Source: Thermoplasmatota archaeon
Lineage (GTDB): Archaea; Thermoplasmatota; E2; DHVEG-1
Direction: 5' to 3'
NCBI GenBank assembly: GCA_025457885.1
Contig: JALOTN010000004.1
Span: forward strand, 10,875-74,874
Length of the DNA stretch: 64,000 nt
Within the stretch, counting starts at the first letter, position 1. Every line of letters starts with the position of its first letter. The position numbers were made by a program, and so were the translations under genes. The notes beneath the pieces are model-generated. The model saw nothing but the letters and a program-made list of their open reading frames with translations. It had not been told where the DNA came from and ran no database searches. Below, one piece after another: positions 1 through 10,453 of this stretch.

Positions 1-130
1 TGTCTGGTTCGTAATTCAGTTTCATGTATCGTGGGTTATGGGCAGCTGCCTGCATACTTATCATCAATGAACTGATGATAAGAAATATTCCTATGATTGC
101 GTATCTTCTATATTTCATGGTTTCAAACTC

Positions 131-1765
131 CTATTCTGCGGTGAGATGCCATATCTCACCAGTTGGTAAAAGGGATCCTATGAACCGGGTTGTAACTACA
201 TATATTTCTCCTGATTCGTCCTGTCCGAATCCAAGGATGAAACGTTTCAGAGGTTTTTCGTTTTCGAATGAAAACTCCTGTCGTTCCCATACTCCAGGGT
301 CGGTTTCTGTAAGATAATATATTTTCCCATCAGGTTTGACGAAATCGGTGCTCCAGTCACCAAACACATAGCAGCCAACAAGATTTGGTGATTGATTTCC
401 CCTATAAACATATCCCCCGATTATGGATCTTCCGACGTTATGACTATATTCATAAATCGGTGGTTGCAACGACTCGATACTGATGTTGAGTTCCTCTGCT
501 AAATCAGGATCATAGAGATGAGTACCTTCAAGGATGCGCCAGCCGTAGTTCCCACCGTTTTCCACCAGGTCAATTTCTTCCCATTTATCTTGTCCGACAT
601 CAGCTACAAAAAGGGCTCCAGTGAGACTGTCAAAAGAAAAACGATAGGGATTCCGGAAACCAAATGCATAGATCTCATCAAGACCCTCAGTGCCAACAAA
701 AGGATTGTCTAATGGGATCGCATAGGGGCTGTCTGAGTCGATATCAATCCGAAGGATTTTACCAAGAAGGGTGTTATTGTTCTGGCCATTACCGATGGTT
801 CCATGTTGATCACCAGCACCTCCTCCGTCCCCAAGCCCTATGTAAAGATAACCCTCTGGTCCGAATGCAAGCTGACCACCATTATGATTTGGTTCTGGTT
901 GATCAACTCGTAGAATAATTATCTCTGACAATGGATCTGCTATGTTGGAATCCTCTGATGAGACATGATATTCAGCAATGATACTTTCATGATCCACTCC
1001 TTCTGCAGTCTTCGTGCCGCTATAATAAACAAAGAATCGTCCGTTTATCTCATAATTTGGATGAAAAGCAAGACCGAGCAATCCTCGTTCATCATAGATG
1101 GGATTTACCTTCACCATTTTACTTGTGAGATCTAAGAATGGTGTTTGAAGAAGAACGTCGTTTTCAATAATATAGATCTTTCCTGGTTGGTCCGCGACAA
1201 AGAGACGGTTCGTTCCATCTCCTGCAGTGGTAAGCATCGTTGGTGCCTTCAAACCCGAGGCGATACGATTGAGTGTCGTAGTAAGAGCGTTCACATCCCC
1301 TGGTATCAGACGGACGAAGAAACCTAGCAGGCGGGCACGCGATGTTTTCATTGATGTATTTCCCTCTGATGCATTAATCGTTACTGTTATCGTTGTTTTC
1401 CCAAAACCAAGCACGAATGGAACCTTTATGGTCTCAGTATTACCAGATCGTAAGAGATCTACGGTCCCTCCAGTGTTTTTCCCTACAAGTACGATGCCTC
1501 CATTAAGGATGATTTCCCATGAGAGGTTTGTAAGATTCTCATCTCCGTCGTTTCGGATAACGGCACCGATACCAATACCACCCGTAATCACTTCCACTTC
1601 AAGGGGTGAACCTGCTATCGATGTGTTTTCTTGTTTTGATGGGAGCTTTGCTGCTAGTACGTACATACTTGTAAGAAGAAACACGACGCTGAACAATACT
1701 ATCACAATTTTTTTTCGCATAATAAAAACCTCCTTATTTTTTTTAAAAATAGGGGGGAACCTCAT
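131..1765 (-). CDS. Secreted PQQ-dependent sugar (glucose/sorbosone) dehydrogenase-family beta-propeller protein
   Basis: 544 aa. N-terminal hydrophobic signal/anchor (MRKKIVIVLFSVVFLLTSMYVLAA). SGDH-family motifs GLLGLAFHPNY, NHNGGQLAFGPEGYLYIGLGDGGGAGD, GFRNPYRFSFD. Confidence 0.65.
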   Translation of the reverse strand: MRFPPIFKKNKEVFIMRKKIVIVLFSVVFLLTSMYVLAAKLPSKQENTSIAGSPLEVEVITGGIGIGAVIRNDGDENLTNLSWEIILNGGIVLVGKNTGGTVDLLRSGNTETIKVPFVLGFGKTTITVTINASEGNTSMKTSRARLLGFFVRLIPGDVNALTTTLNRIASGLKAPTMLTTAGDGTNRLFVADQPGKIYIIENDVLLQTPFLDLTSKMVKVNPIYDERGLLGLAFHPNYEINGRFFVYYSGTKTAEGVDHESIIAEYHVSSEDSNIADPLSEIIILRVDQPEPNHNGGQLAFGPEGYLYIGLGDGGGAGDQHGTIGNGQNNNTLLGKILRIDIDSDSPYAIPLDNPFVGTEGLDEIYAFGFRNPYRFSFDSLTGALFVADVGQDKWEEIDLVENGGNYGWRILEGTHLYDPDLAEELNISIESLQPPIYEYSHNVGRSIIGGYVYRGNQSPNLVGCYVFGDWSTDFVKPDGKIYYLTETDPGVWERQEFSFENEKPLKRFILGFGQDESGEIYVVTTRFIGSLLPTGEIWHLTAE

Positions 1766-1877
1766 ATAAAGATTGTGGTAGTGTAAATAAATAAAAAAAA
1801 TGAAATTTTATAACCATAACCTCAAGATTTAAATACCTCGTATCTTTGTTTTAATAAGACACTCGGGAGTTTGAATT

Positions 1878-2786
1878 GTGAAGATTGCTTATGTCAGGCA
1901 GATTATAAAATTAGCACGAATGCCGATTGTTCTGGCGGTCATACCTATTTTTCTTGTCGGAATCCTGTTCGCTCTTCGTTCTGGGGCGTCTTTTTCTGGT
2001 GTAAATTTCCTCTGGGGTTTTTGTATCTTATTCATCATTGAGATAGCAGCGTCCTTTTCAAACGATTATTATGACTATGAAGCAGATAAACACAACAGAC
2101 AATTTGGTTTCTCTGGAGGCAGTGGAGTCTTACTCGAATATCCTGAACTCCTTTCATTTGCAAAATGGGCATCAATCATCATGTTTGTTCTTGCCATCCT
2201 TTTAACAGGTCTGTTTATCATTTTCGCATCACTTCCTTTTTGGGTAATCGTATATATCGGCATCGCCGTGTTTTTTTGCTGGTTTTATACAGCACCACCG
2301 CTTCGTCTTGTTTATCGAGGTCTGGGTGAGATCCCTCACCTGCTCGCAGGAATCATGTTCCCTGGATGGGGATATCTTATTATGACCGGAACAATAACCA
2401 CTGATTTGGTCATATTTGCGATTCCCTTCGGTTTCCTTGGTTTAACAGTGATACTCAATTTTGAGATACCTGACATGGAAGCGGATATCCATGGGGGGAA
2501 ACGAAATCTCATCGTGATGAAAGGTCGATATTTTTCTTTCCTCACCATTTTTTTGCTGTATCTCATTACTTTTCTTTATTTTTTCATCCTTGCTATCTTT
2601 GGATTATTTGAGGATATCCTGAATCCATGGCTGATTACCTTACTTGCTTTTTTCCCCTTATGTATATCTTTTATCTCCATTATAAAAAAGTCAATTCAAA
2701 AAGATGTCGCAACAAAATATGCTATACGAAATGCGATAGCTGGCTTTCTTGCATCGTTTCTCATTATGGCATCTCTTTTATTTTAA
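1878..2786 (+). CDS. UbiA-family polyprenyltransferase (integral membrane)
   Basis: 302 aa, multi-TM. First Asp-rich motif NDYYDYEADKHN (NDxxDxxxD) and second motif EIPDMEAD (DxxxD) are typical of UbiA/MenA/lycopene-elongase prenyltransferases. Lies near the carotenoid genes. Confidence 0.7.
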   Translation: MKIAYVRQIIKLARMPIVLAVIPIFLVGILFALRSGASFSGVNFLWGFCILFIIEIAASFSNDYYDYEADKHNRQFGFSGGSGVLLEYPELLSFAKWASIIMFVLAILLTGLFIIFASLPFWVIVYIGIAVFFCWFYTAPPLRLVYRGLGEIPHLLAGIMFPGWGYLIMTGTITTDLVIFAIPFGFLGLTVILNFEIPDMEADIHGGKRNLIVMKGRYFSFLTIFLLYLITFLYFFILAIFGLFEDILNPWLITLLAFFPLCISFISIIKKSIQKDVATKYAIRNAIAGFLASFLIMASLLF

Positions 2787-2937
2787 CTGAAAACCTTGAG
2801 ATATTGATTGTTTACCACATTTTTAGGGAATCGATATAAATATCTTTGGTAAAATTTATTTAAAGAGCTCTTCTATTTCTAAAATATGGGAGTTACCTCC
2901 TAAACGAGAATCATCTAAATTAAAGGGGAGAAAAAGC

Positions 2938-3756
2938 ATGAAAAAAAGAAATGCAATAGTCTTAGCAATACTGCTGGTATTTTCAAACTTCGTCGTTGTC
3001 GGAGCAGCGATATCTGATCAATTAAAAGATAATACCATTAAACAGAAACATGAGAATCAACCATGGTCAACACTCCAATCAGACGATGACATTACGATTT
3101 CCTTTTCAAAAGCCCCACTGTCCTTAGGAATAAATATCGAAATACAAAACAACAGAAATGTGACCTATCAAGACGTACCATGGAGTTTTCGGGCAAAACC
3201 ACAGATCTCTGGAACAGGACTTGTTTACAAAGACCAAATACGGTCTGGAGTTATCGATCAACTTGAGGCCAATGCACTTGTGACTATTCCATTACGACCA
3301 TTGAAGGGGCAAACTTCGAGTCCTTTTGGGCTTGGGCTGTTCTATTTTAATGCCTCGGTCAGCACGTCAGATACCTTCTTTCGCTCTTCACAACTCTGCT
3401 GGCTGGTGCTCTTTTTCATGGTGAATCTGAAACCAACCTACATGGATATACCACCTGCAGAAGCATACAGCTTATATGAGAATGGGACCTTTGACCTCAT
3501 CATTGATGTGGTCGGTCTGAATATCTATAGCCTTGGTCATCTCCCTGGCGCTGTAAATTACGTCTGGGCTGATGGGACATTAAATGAAACGATTCCTACT
3601 CTTGACAAAAACCTCACCTATCTTGTCTACTGTCACACCGATCCACCTTCCACCGCCAGCGCTCAGGCATTGGTCAATGCAGGGTTTCCCTCCGTCTATC
3701 GATTGGAAGGCAATTATCGAGCATGGGTTGATGCAGGCTACCCTACAGAAACCTAA
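2938..3756 (+). CDS. Secreted protein with C-terminal rhodanese-like domain
   Basis: 272 aa, N-terminal signal peptide. C-terminal region FDLIIDVV...GHLPGAVNY...LVYCHTD...RAWVDAGYP matches the rhodanese fold with its active-site Cys loop. Confidence 0.55.
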   Translation: MKKRNAIVLAILLVFSNFVVVGAAISDQLKDNTIKQKHENQPWSTLQSDDDITISFSKAPLSLGINIEIQNNRNVTYQDVPWSFRAKPQISGTGLVYKDQIRSGVIDQLEANALVTIPLRPLKGQTSSPFGLGLFYFNASVSTSDTFFRSSQLCWLVLFFMVNLKPTYMDIPPAEAYSLYENGTFDLIIDVVGLNIYSLGHLPGAVNYVWADGTLNETIPTLDKNLTYLVYCHTDPPSTASAQALVNAGFPSVYRLEGNYRAWVDAGYPTET

Positions 3757-3845
3757 ACACGTCTTCCTTATTCGCTTCATTAAGCACCGTAACAAATAAA
3801 GTCACATAATCTTCTTAAACCACTGTAATATACGACTAACAAGGT

Positions 3846-4595
3846 TTGAAAGGCGGGAGACATATGGTCATAAACTATCTTATCTTAGATATCCTAATCA
3901 TCTTATTTCCGTTCTTACTTTCATTTAAGTGGAAGTTCGCCTATTATCGATACTACAAGGCATTGTTTCCAGCAATCGCCATCGTCGGAGCAGGTTACAT
4001 TTTCTGGGATGCGATTGTGACTGCAAGAGGAGACTGGTGGTTCAACTATGAGTATCTTTCTGAAATCACCATCATCGGATTACCTCTGGAGGAGATTTTA
4101 TTCTTCATTGTTGTCCCCTATTCCTGTATATTCATCTATGAGAACCTTGAGTATTTCTTTCCAGATAAAAAAACAAGATTCAGCAAGATCTTCTATGTTG
4201 TTTTGATCATATTATTCGTTCTCGGTGGACTTGCGTTCTATCACCAGGATTATACAATCCTTGCTCTGATGTCGTGTGCGTTTTTTTTACTCATCGCGCT
4301 TTGGCGTTTCCCAGACATCCTGCAATCACGGAACTACTGGCTCTACATCGGCATATCTATGATTCCCTTCATAATCTTCAATTACCTGCTCACCTCCACG
4401 CCCATCGTATTGTATAACCCTGCGGCCATCTGGGGTGGTGATGGGGCGTGGAACGGCCGGTTCTTCACTATACCACTCGAAGACTTCTTCTATAATTTCT
4501 CGATGCTATCGTTTTATCTGCTTGTTTACCGGTATTTCAGGAAACGATGGATTCAACCATCTACATCAAAACAAGGATTAAAGGATCACAAATGA
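3846..4595 (+). CDS. crtY: Lycopene cyclase domain protein (fused CrtYc/CrtYd-type)
   Basis: 249 aa polytopic membrane protein. It has two copies of the conserved PxE(E/D) motif of heterodimeric-type lycopene cyclases (GLPLEEILFF and TIPLEDFFY). Located beside crtI/crtB. Confidence 0.6.
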   Translation: MKGGRHMVINYLILDILIILFPFLLSFKWKFAYYRYYKALFPAIAIVGAGYIFWDAIVTARGDWWFNYEYLSEITIIGLPLEEILFFIVVPYSCIFIYENLEYFFPDKKTRFSKIFYVVLIILFVLGGLAFYHQDYTILALMSCAFFLLIALWRFPDILQSRNYWLYIGISMIPFIIFNYLLTSTPIVLYNPAAIWGGDGAWNGRFFTIPLEDFFYNFSMLSFYLLVYRYFRKRWIQPSTSKQGLKDHK

Positions 4596-4608
4596 GTGAT
4601 TCAATGGT

Positions 4609-5124
4609 GTGACCACCATGGATTTTTTTGGAGTGATTCTGGATGGATCTTCGGATCCTTTGCTTTTCGGGATTTTCTTTTTCGTCTATGTCGTGCTCAA
4701 TACCCTTGCCCTGCCTTTCCCAGTGGAACTGGGATTATTCAACCCTGCTTTTCATCCCTTGTTCTTGATAGGTATCCTTGCCGTGGGGCGAGGTGTTGGA
4801 GCGTTTTGTGTTTTTGAAATTGGAGGATTTATCAGAAAAAAGACAAGCACGTGGTCTGTAGGTGCATTCCGGTTACGAAAAACAATCAGCTCTCTTGAGC
4901 GGTTTATCCAACAGTATGGATATTATGCCTTGTTCCTCCTTATGAGCATCCCACTCATGCTGGATTCAGTGGTGCTGTATCTCTTTTCTCTTCTCAATAA
5001 ACGAAAGGATACCAAGGTAGCCCTTGCCCGGCGATGGTTTATCGGTATCACCATTGCAGCAAGTATCCTGCGTGGCACCATCATTCTTTTGGTTGCTGAA
5101 TTTGTAAAAATAATCCTGATATGA
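4609..5124 (+). CDS. Small polytopic membrane protein, unknown function
   Basis: 171 aa, 4-5 predicted TM helices, same strand and tightly spaced after crtY. No recognisable motif. Confidence 0.35.
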   Translation: MTTMDFFGVILDGSSDPLLFGIFFFVYVVLNTLALPFPVELGLFNPAFHPLFLIGILAVGRGVGAFCVFEIGGFIRKKTSTWSVGAFRLRKTISSLERFIQQYGYYALFLLMSIPLMLDSVVLYLFSLLNKRKDTKVALARRWFIGITIAASILRGTIILLVAEFVKIILI

Positions 5125-5183
5125 TATATTTAGTAATACAATAGGTATTACCTCTGGTATCACTTCTGGAGGAACATGTCATC

Positions 5184-6548
5184 ATGGTCTATCGTTCACC
5201 CTGGATCGTCCAATTAAAACGGTCCCGACCTATCCAAAAAGCACACTCCTTGCTCCACCCCGATTGTGTAGTTGTCGGTGGTGGTATCGCTGGGGTTGTC
5301 ACCGCATATTTTATTCTTCGACAGACATCTCATACTATCCTTCTCCTCGAGGCCGATCGTGTCGCCCATGGTGCGACTGGTCATAACGCAGGACAAGTAG
5401 TCAGCTACTTTGAGCGTCCTCTTCATGATATCGCCAGTCAGTTTGGGGCGCCTCTCACCTTAGATGCTTATCATCATCTTCAGGAGACCTGGGGTGTCTT
5501 GGATGATATTATCACCACAGCACACCTAAGGACGCCAGTCACAACATTCACTGGGTACGCTGGATACAGCACGTATCACCAACTTTTGAACCAATTAAAG
5601 ACTCTCCACCTGCTGCGCGATTCAAAAACAACACCAGAAAATCTCCTTCTCCTAAAAGAATCAGACCTTCATGGTAAGATCCCCTCCCTGTATCACCCTT
5701 ACATCAGCCTCATAAAACACCAGGAGTTATTACAACTTCTTGGTACGGGAAATTCACAGTATATCGCTGCTTTTCCCGAAAAAAAAGGATGTACCAACTC
5801 AAGTCTTCTGACCGAAGAACTCGTTGGGTATCTCCTCAGTACCTACCCTGAACGGTTTCATCTTTCAGAGCTTACACCTGTGAAAAGAATTTTGGTCACT
5901 CCAACACAAATTACACTTTCGACACCAGATCAGATCATCAAGACCCCTAGTCTGATTCTCTGCACCAATGGGTATACAACGTATCAGATTGATGCAGAAC
6001 CACTTAAACCGGTTCTCCAAAGATTTCATATTACTTCGACAGTCGGTTACATGAATGGATACCTAGATACTACCCTAAAACCACCGACCGCGACCCAATA
6101 CTTCACAACCCAAAACATCTCTCCAATCGATCCTTATTATTATCTCACGCGACGCATCTATGAACATGGAAGACATGCACATACATTGTTATGCATCGGT
6201 GGACCAGAACATCACTTACCGCAGGATCAACCTTATTCCCCTCATGCACAGTATCTTCCGAACGCACATCATGAAATCGACGCCTTCATTCATACAACCA
6301 GCAGCTATCCTCTTATCAAAACAACACCAGATTTTAAATGGCATGGTCTGATGGGCTATACCCCCACGATGATACGTCTGATCGGACCAGACCCACACTA
6401 TCCCAACCTCTCCTATAATCTTGGTTGCAATGGAGTCGGGATTTTACCATCTATCTATGCGGGAAAACGACTCGGTAACTATCTGGCTGGACGCTCCTTG
6501 AAACCATCTATATTTGATACAAAATTCATGAATAACAAAGAATTTTAA
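5184..6548 (+). CDS. FAD-dependent oxidoreductase (DAO-like)
   Basis: 454 aa. N-terminal dinucleotide-binding motif VVVGGGIAGVVTAYFIL (GxGxxG). Sits between crtY and crtI. Confidence 0.55.
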   Translation: MVYRSPWIVQLKRSRPIQKAHSLLHPDCVVVGGGIAGVVTAYFILRQTSHTILLLEADRVAHGATGHNAGQVVSYFERPLHDIASQFGAPLTLDAYHHLQETWGVLDDIITTAHLRTPVTTFTGYAGYSTYHQLLNQLKTLHLLRDSKTTPENLLLLKESDLHGKIPSLYHPYISLIKHQELLQLLGTGNSQYIAAFPEKKGCTNSSLLTEELVGYLLSTYPERFHLSELTPVKRILVTPTQITLSTPDQIIKTPSLILCTNGYTTYQIDAEPLKPVLQRFHITSTVGYMNGYLDTTLKPPTATQYFTTQNISPIDPYYYLTRRIYEHGRHAHTLLCIGGPEHHLPQDQPYSPHAQYLPNAHHEIDAFIHTTSSYPLIKTTPDFKWHGLMGYTPTMIRLIGPDPHYPNLSYNLGCNGVGILPSIYAGKRLGNYLAGRSLKPSIFDTKFMNNKEF

Positions 6549-6625
6549 TAGAAAATAAATATACTCCTGGAACAAAACTTTCTTTAATATCAAAACTATC
6601 CCTAAAATACGTAACGTGAAACACT

Positions 6626-8092
6626 ATGAAGAAAATAATTATAATCGGTGCAGGTTTTGGAGGAATAGCCGCAGCAGCCCTCCTGGCAAGAGATGGACAT
6701 GATGTCACTGTCGTAGAAAAAAACGATCAACCCGGAGGACGAGCCATCGTCTGGAACGAAAAAGGGTTCGTCTTCGACATGGGGCCATCCTGGTACCTCA
6801 TGCCTGATGTTTTCGAACAGTTCTTTGCTCTCTTTAACAAAAAACCAGAAGACTATTATAAACTCATTCGACTCAACCCAGCCTACCGGGTGTTCTTCGA
6901 TAAAGATGAAATCGTCGATATCTCGCCAGACCTTGAGAAGAACCTTCAACTCTTCGAACGATATCAAAAAGGAGGCCGGGAGCAATTAAAAAAATATCTC
7001 CAGGCTGCAGAATATCAATATACAATAGCAATGAAAGAGTTCATCTACAAGGAATATCGTCATCTCTGGGATTTCTTCAGCCTCCGTCTGTTGTTAAAAG
7101 GTAGTAAACTGCATATCTTCACCAGTCTTGACCGCTATGCGCAACGATACATCACCGATCAGAAATTACGGAAGATCCTTGAATACACCATGGTGTTCCT
7201 TGGAGGCACCCCCTTTGACACCCCTGCTTTATACTCCTTGATGTCCCATGTCGATTTCAACCTGGGCGTCTGGTACCCCGATGGTGGATTTGGAGCTCTT
7301 GCGAGAGGTTTTCAACGCCTCGCGGTTGAACAAGGCGTGAAATTCGAATTCAACACAGAAGTAGAAAAAATAATCGTGAAAAACGGGTCGGTCACTGGTG
7401 TGAAAACTTCTAAAGGAGAGACGTCTGCTGATCTGATCATAGCCAACGCAGATTATCCCTATGTTGAAATGAATCTACTCGAACCAACCTATCAAACCTA
7501 TCCAAAGGAATACTGGGAAAAGAAAGCCATTGCTCCCTCTGCCCTGCTCATGTACCTCGGGGTAAAAGGAAAAATCAAATCTTTTGCGCATCATAACCTA
7601 TATTTTGCCACTGACTGGGAGAAACATTTCCAGACAATATTCCATGAACCCAGCTGGCCAGAAAACCCAAGCTACTACGTCAGCTGTCCCTCAAAATCAG
7701 ATGCCACGGTCGCACCAGCAGATGATGAAAACCTCTTCATCCTGGTTCCGGTTGCTGCTGGATTAGAAGATACACCCCAGGTTAGAGAACGATATTTCAA
7801 CCAAATCATAAATCATTTGGAACTACTCACCGGGGAAAACATCAAGGACCGCATTATTGTCAAACGATTATTCGCCCATAAGGATTTCACCCAGTACTAT
7901 CATGCATACAAAGGGACCGCTCTTGGTCTAGCACATACATTGGGGCAAACCGCTATCTTCCGATGCTCCCATCAGAGTAAAAAAGTCAAAGGACTGTATT
8001 ACACCGGCCATTACACACATCCTGGCATCGGAGTTCCCATGGTAGTGATTTCCTCACAAATCATTGCTGAACAGCTTAGGAGCTCTCCATGA
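6626..8092 (+). CDS. crtI: Phytoene desaturase (CrtI family)
   Basis: 488 aa. N-terminal MKKIIIIGAGFGGIAAAALLARDGHDVTVVEKNDQPGGRA is the canonical CrtI FAD-binding start. Length and C-terminal region are typical. Overlaps crtB by 4 bp. Confidence 0.85.
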   Translation: MKKIIIIGAGFGGIAAAALLARDGHDVTVVEKNDQPGGRAIVWNEKGFVFDMGPSWYLMPDVFEQFFALFNKKPEDYYKLIRLNPAYRVFFDKDEIVDISPDLEKNLQLFERYQKGGREQLKKYLQAAEYQYTIAMKEFIYKEYRHLWDFFSLRLLLKGSKLHIFTSLDRYAQRYITDQKLRKILEYTMVFLGGTPFDTPALYSLMSHVDFNLGVWYPDGGFGALARGFQRLAVEQGVKFEFNTEVEKIIVKNGSVTGVKTSKGETSADLIIANADYPYVEMNLLEPTYQTYPKEYWEKKAIAPSALLMYLGVKGKIKSFAHHNLYFATDWEKHFQTIFHEPSWPENPSYYVSCPSKSDATVAPADDENLFILVPVAAGLEDTPQVRERYFNQIINHLELLTGENIKDRIIVKRLFAHKDFTQYYHAYKGTALGLAHTLGQTAIFRCSHQSKKVKGLYYTGHYTHPGIGVPMVVISSQIIAEQLRSSP

Positions 8093-8982
8093 TTATTGAT
8101 AAGACATTCTTCTCCATCTTCAGAAAAGGAAGCAGGACCTACTTCTACAGCAGCCTGTTCTTCCCCATGCATATCCGTCAGGAGGTCTTCATCCTCTACG
8201 GGTTCGTCCGGAAAACAGACAATTACGTCGACGTCACCCCACAGGACCGTGAAGGTTTTTATTCCTTTAAAAAGAAATATTACGAAGCAAAGAACGGAAA
8301 GGAAACCGGGGATGTCGTCATCGACTCCTTCGTCCGCTTAGCGGAACGGAAAGGATTTCACGATGAATGGGTAGACGCGTTCCTGCATTCCATGGAACTA
8401 GACATCACCAAAACCAAGTACGAGACCCTTGAGGAAGCCTTAGAATATATTTATGGATCTGCTGAGGTCATCGGCTTGATGATGGCACGCATCATCGGTC
8501 TTTCAAAAGAATCCTACGAGTATGCGAAATACCTCGGGCGGGCGATGCAATACATCAACTTCATAAGAGACATCGCAGAGGACCTCAAACTCGGTAGAGT
8601 CTATTTCCCGCAAGTCGATTTACGAAAACACGGGCTGGAGAACCTCACCTATGATCATGTAAAAGACCATCCGGAACAATTCAAACGGTTCCTGCAGACC
8701 CAGCTTGATCATTATTGTCAATGGCAAGAAAAAGCAGAGGAAGGTTATCACTACATCCCAAAACGCTACCTCATCTCTATAAAAACCGCCTCTGAGATGT
8801 ACAACTGGACCGCTGAACAAATCGCCCATCACCCCTTCATCGTTTACGACCTCAAAGTCAAACCGATGATCTCAAAGATACTTCTCACCGTTTTTTCAAA
8901 CCTTATCAACACCATGGGAAAGAAATTCAGCACCAACTTCTGTCATGAAGTCCTACACGAACAACCTCCTCCATCAAAGTAG
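8089..8982 (+). CDS. crtB: Phytoene/squalene synthase family (CrtB)
   Basis: 297 aa. Trans-isoprenyl diphosphate synthase head-to-head family features (YFYSSLFFP, Asp-rich regions, RDIAEDL...GRVYFP). Translationally coupled to crtI. Confidence 0.8.
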   Translation: MIIDKTFFSIFRKGSRTYFYSSLFFPMHIRQEVFILYGFVRKTDNYVDVTPQDREGFYSFKKKYYEAKNGKETGDVVIDSFVRLAERKGFHDEWVDAFLHSMELDITKTKYETLEEALEYIYGSAEVIGLMMARIIGLSKESYEYAKYLGRAMQYINFIRDIAEDLKLGRVYFPQVDLRKHGLENLTYDHVKDHPEQFKRFLQTQLDHYCQWQEKAEEGYHYIPKRYLISIKTASEMYNWTAEQIAHHPFIVYDLKVKPMISKILLTVFSNLINTMGKKFSTNFCHEVLHEQPPPSK

Positions 8983-8987
8983 CTCCT

Positions 8988-9968
8988 ATGAAATCCTTCA
9001 TCAAACCTCGAATCGTTATCAGCAAATGCATTGAATTTGACTTCTGCCGCTACAACAGCCAAATCATCCGCAGCCCAATCGTTAGCACCCTCAAACCCTA
9101 TGTCGAGTTCCAGCCCATCTGCCCTGAAGTAGAAATCCAACTAGGGGTACCAAGAGACCCTATCCGCATCATCGAACAACATACCAACAAAAAGTTAGTA
9201 CAACCAACAACCGGTAGAGATGTCACCGATGCGATGCAAACATTCACCCAGCACTTCCTTGCCTCACTTCAAGGAATTGACGGTTTTTTATTAAAATCAC
9301 AGTCTCCCTCCTGTGGGACGCGAGATGTGAAAATCTATCCAGCGGTCCTCCATTCTGCACCAGTACGCAGGGAAGCAGGATTCTTCGGAGAACAAGTCCT
9401 CCAACGGTTCCCCCATCTTGCCATCGAAGATGAGATGCGACTCCAGAACCCCGTCATCCGACAACACTATCTCACAAAGATATTCACCTTCGCCGCCTTC
9501 CGATCGGTCAAAGACAAAGCATCACTCCAACGGTTATTACAGTTTCACACAGAAAACAAATACCTCCTCATGGGATATAGTCAAAAAGAACTCCGCATCC
9601 TAGGCAATATCCTTGCGAACCAAGAGAAACAACCACTTCCCAAGATGTTCACCGAGTATGAACACCATCTGCATCTAGCGTTTCTTAAGGCACCACGATA
9701 CACCTCCCAGATAAATGTACTGAACCATACCTTTGGATACATCTCAAAAGAGCTCTCCGCTGCAGAAAAAAGGTTTTATGCAGACCTCCTCGAAAAATAC
9801 AAAAATGGACAGATTCCACTCAGCGTCCCAGTCAACCTCATACGCTCCTGGGTCATCCGATTCGAACAAAGCTATCTCTTACCTCAGACCTTTTTCGAAC
9901 CCTACCCTAATCAACTCCTGGACATAGAAGCGATAAAAGCAAGCGAGGTGAGGGATTTCTGGAAGTAA
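8988..9968 (+). CDS. DUF523/DUF1722 (YbgA/TudS-like) protein
   Basis: 326 aa. N-terminal Cys-containing DUF523-like region (ISKCIEFDFCRYN...PICPEV) plus C-terminal DUF1722-like region. ybgA homologs are classically linked to photolyase genes. Confidence 0.55.
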   Translation: MKSFIKPRIVISKCIEFDFCRYNSQIIRSPIVSTLKPYVEFQPICPEVEIQLGVPRDPIRIIEQHTNKKLVQPTTGRDVTDAMQTFTQHFLASLQGIDGFLLKSQSPSCGTRDVKIYPAVLHSAPVRREAGFFGEQVLQRFPHLAIEDEMRLQNPVIRQHYLTKIFTFAAFRSVKDKASLQRLLQFHTENKYLLMGYSQKELRILGNILANQEKQPLPKMFTEYEHHLHLAFLKAPRYTSQINVLNHTFGYISKELSAAEKRFYADLLEKYKNGQIPLSVPVNLIRSWVIRFEQSYLLPQTFFEPYPNQLLDIEAIKASEVRDFWK

Positions 9969-10057
9969 AAAAAACAGATGAACAGAATAACACGACAGAA
10001 CCATCACAGGATCTCCGTCGTCTCATCCACACCCTCCTGTCCAGCCAGCATTTCGCT

Positions 10058-10453
10058 GTGATTGCGACAGAGTCACATCATCACCCCTACACCAGCCTCG
10101 TTTCATTTGTCCCTTCATCGGACGATACTCATCTTTATTTCCCAACAAAAAAAGAGACACAGAAATTTTTTAATATATCAAAAAACCCGCATATCGCTGC
10201 CCTCATCGATAATCGAGAGAACACCCCCGGTGATTTCTCGAAGGCTACCACGGTCATTGCATTAGGAGTTGCCTCTGCAGTAGAGACGAACAAAGAACAT
10301 ATTAGGGAACTTCTCCTCCAAAAACACCCTGATTTATCTGATTTCATCTCTCATCCAGACTGTGCGCTTATCGACATCACCATAACGACCTATCAGATTG
10401 TACAACAATTCGAAAAAGTAAAGATCCTGCGTCTGAGAGATGTACCAGAATGA
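10058..10453 (+). CDS. Pyridoxamine 5'-phosphate oxidase-like FMN-binding split-barrel protein
   Basis: 131 aa as annotated (GTG start). The in-frame upstream peptide RRLIHTLLSSQHFAV resembles the usual N-terminus of this family, so the true start is probably upstream or non-canonical. Overlaps the photolyase start by 4 bp. Confidence 0.45.
   Translation: MIATESHHHPYTSLVSFVPSSDDTHLYFPTKKETQKFFNISKNPHIAALIDNRENTPGDFSKATTVIALGVASAVETNKEHIRELLLQKHPDLSDFISHPDCALIDITITTYQIVQQFEKVKILRLRDVPE

Noticed and set aside
8096-8341. 81-aa Ser-rich ORF overlapping the start of crtB in another frame
   Set aside because: It is fully contained within the well-supported crtB reading frame and has no independent signals.
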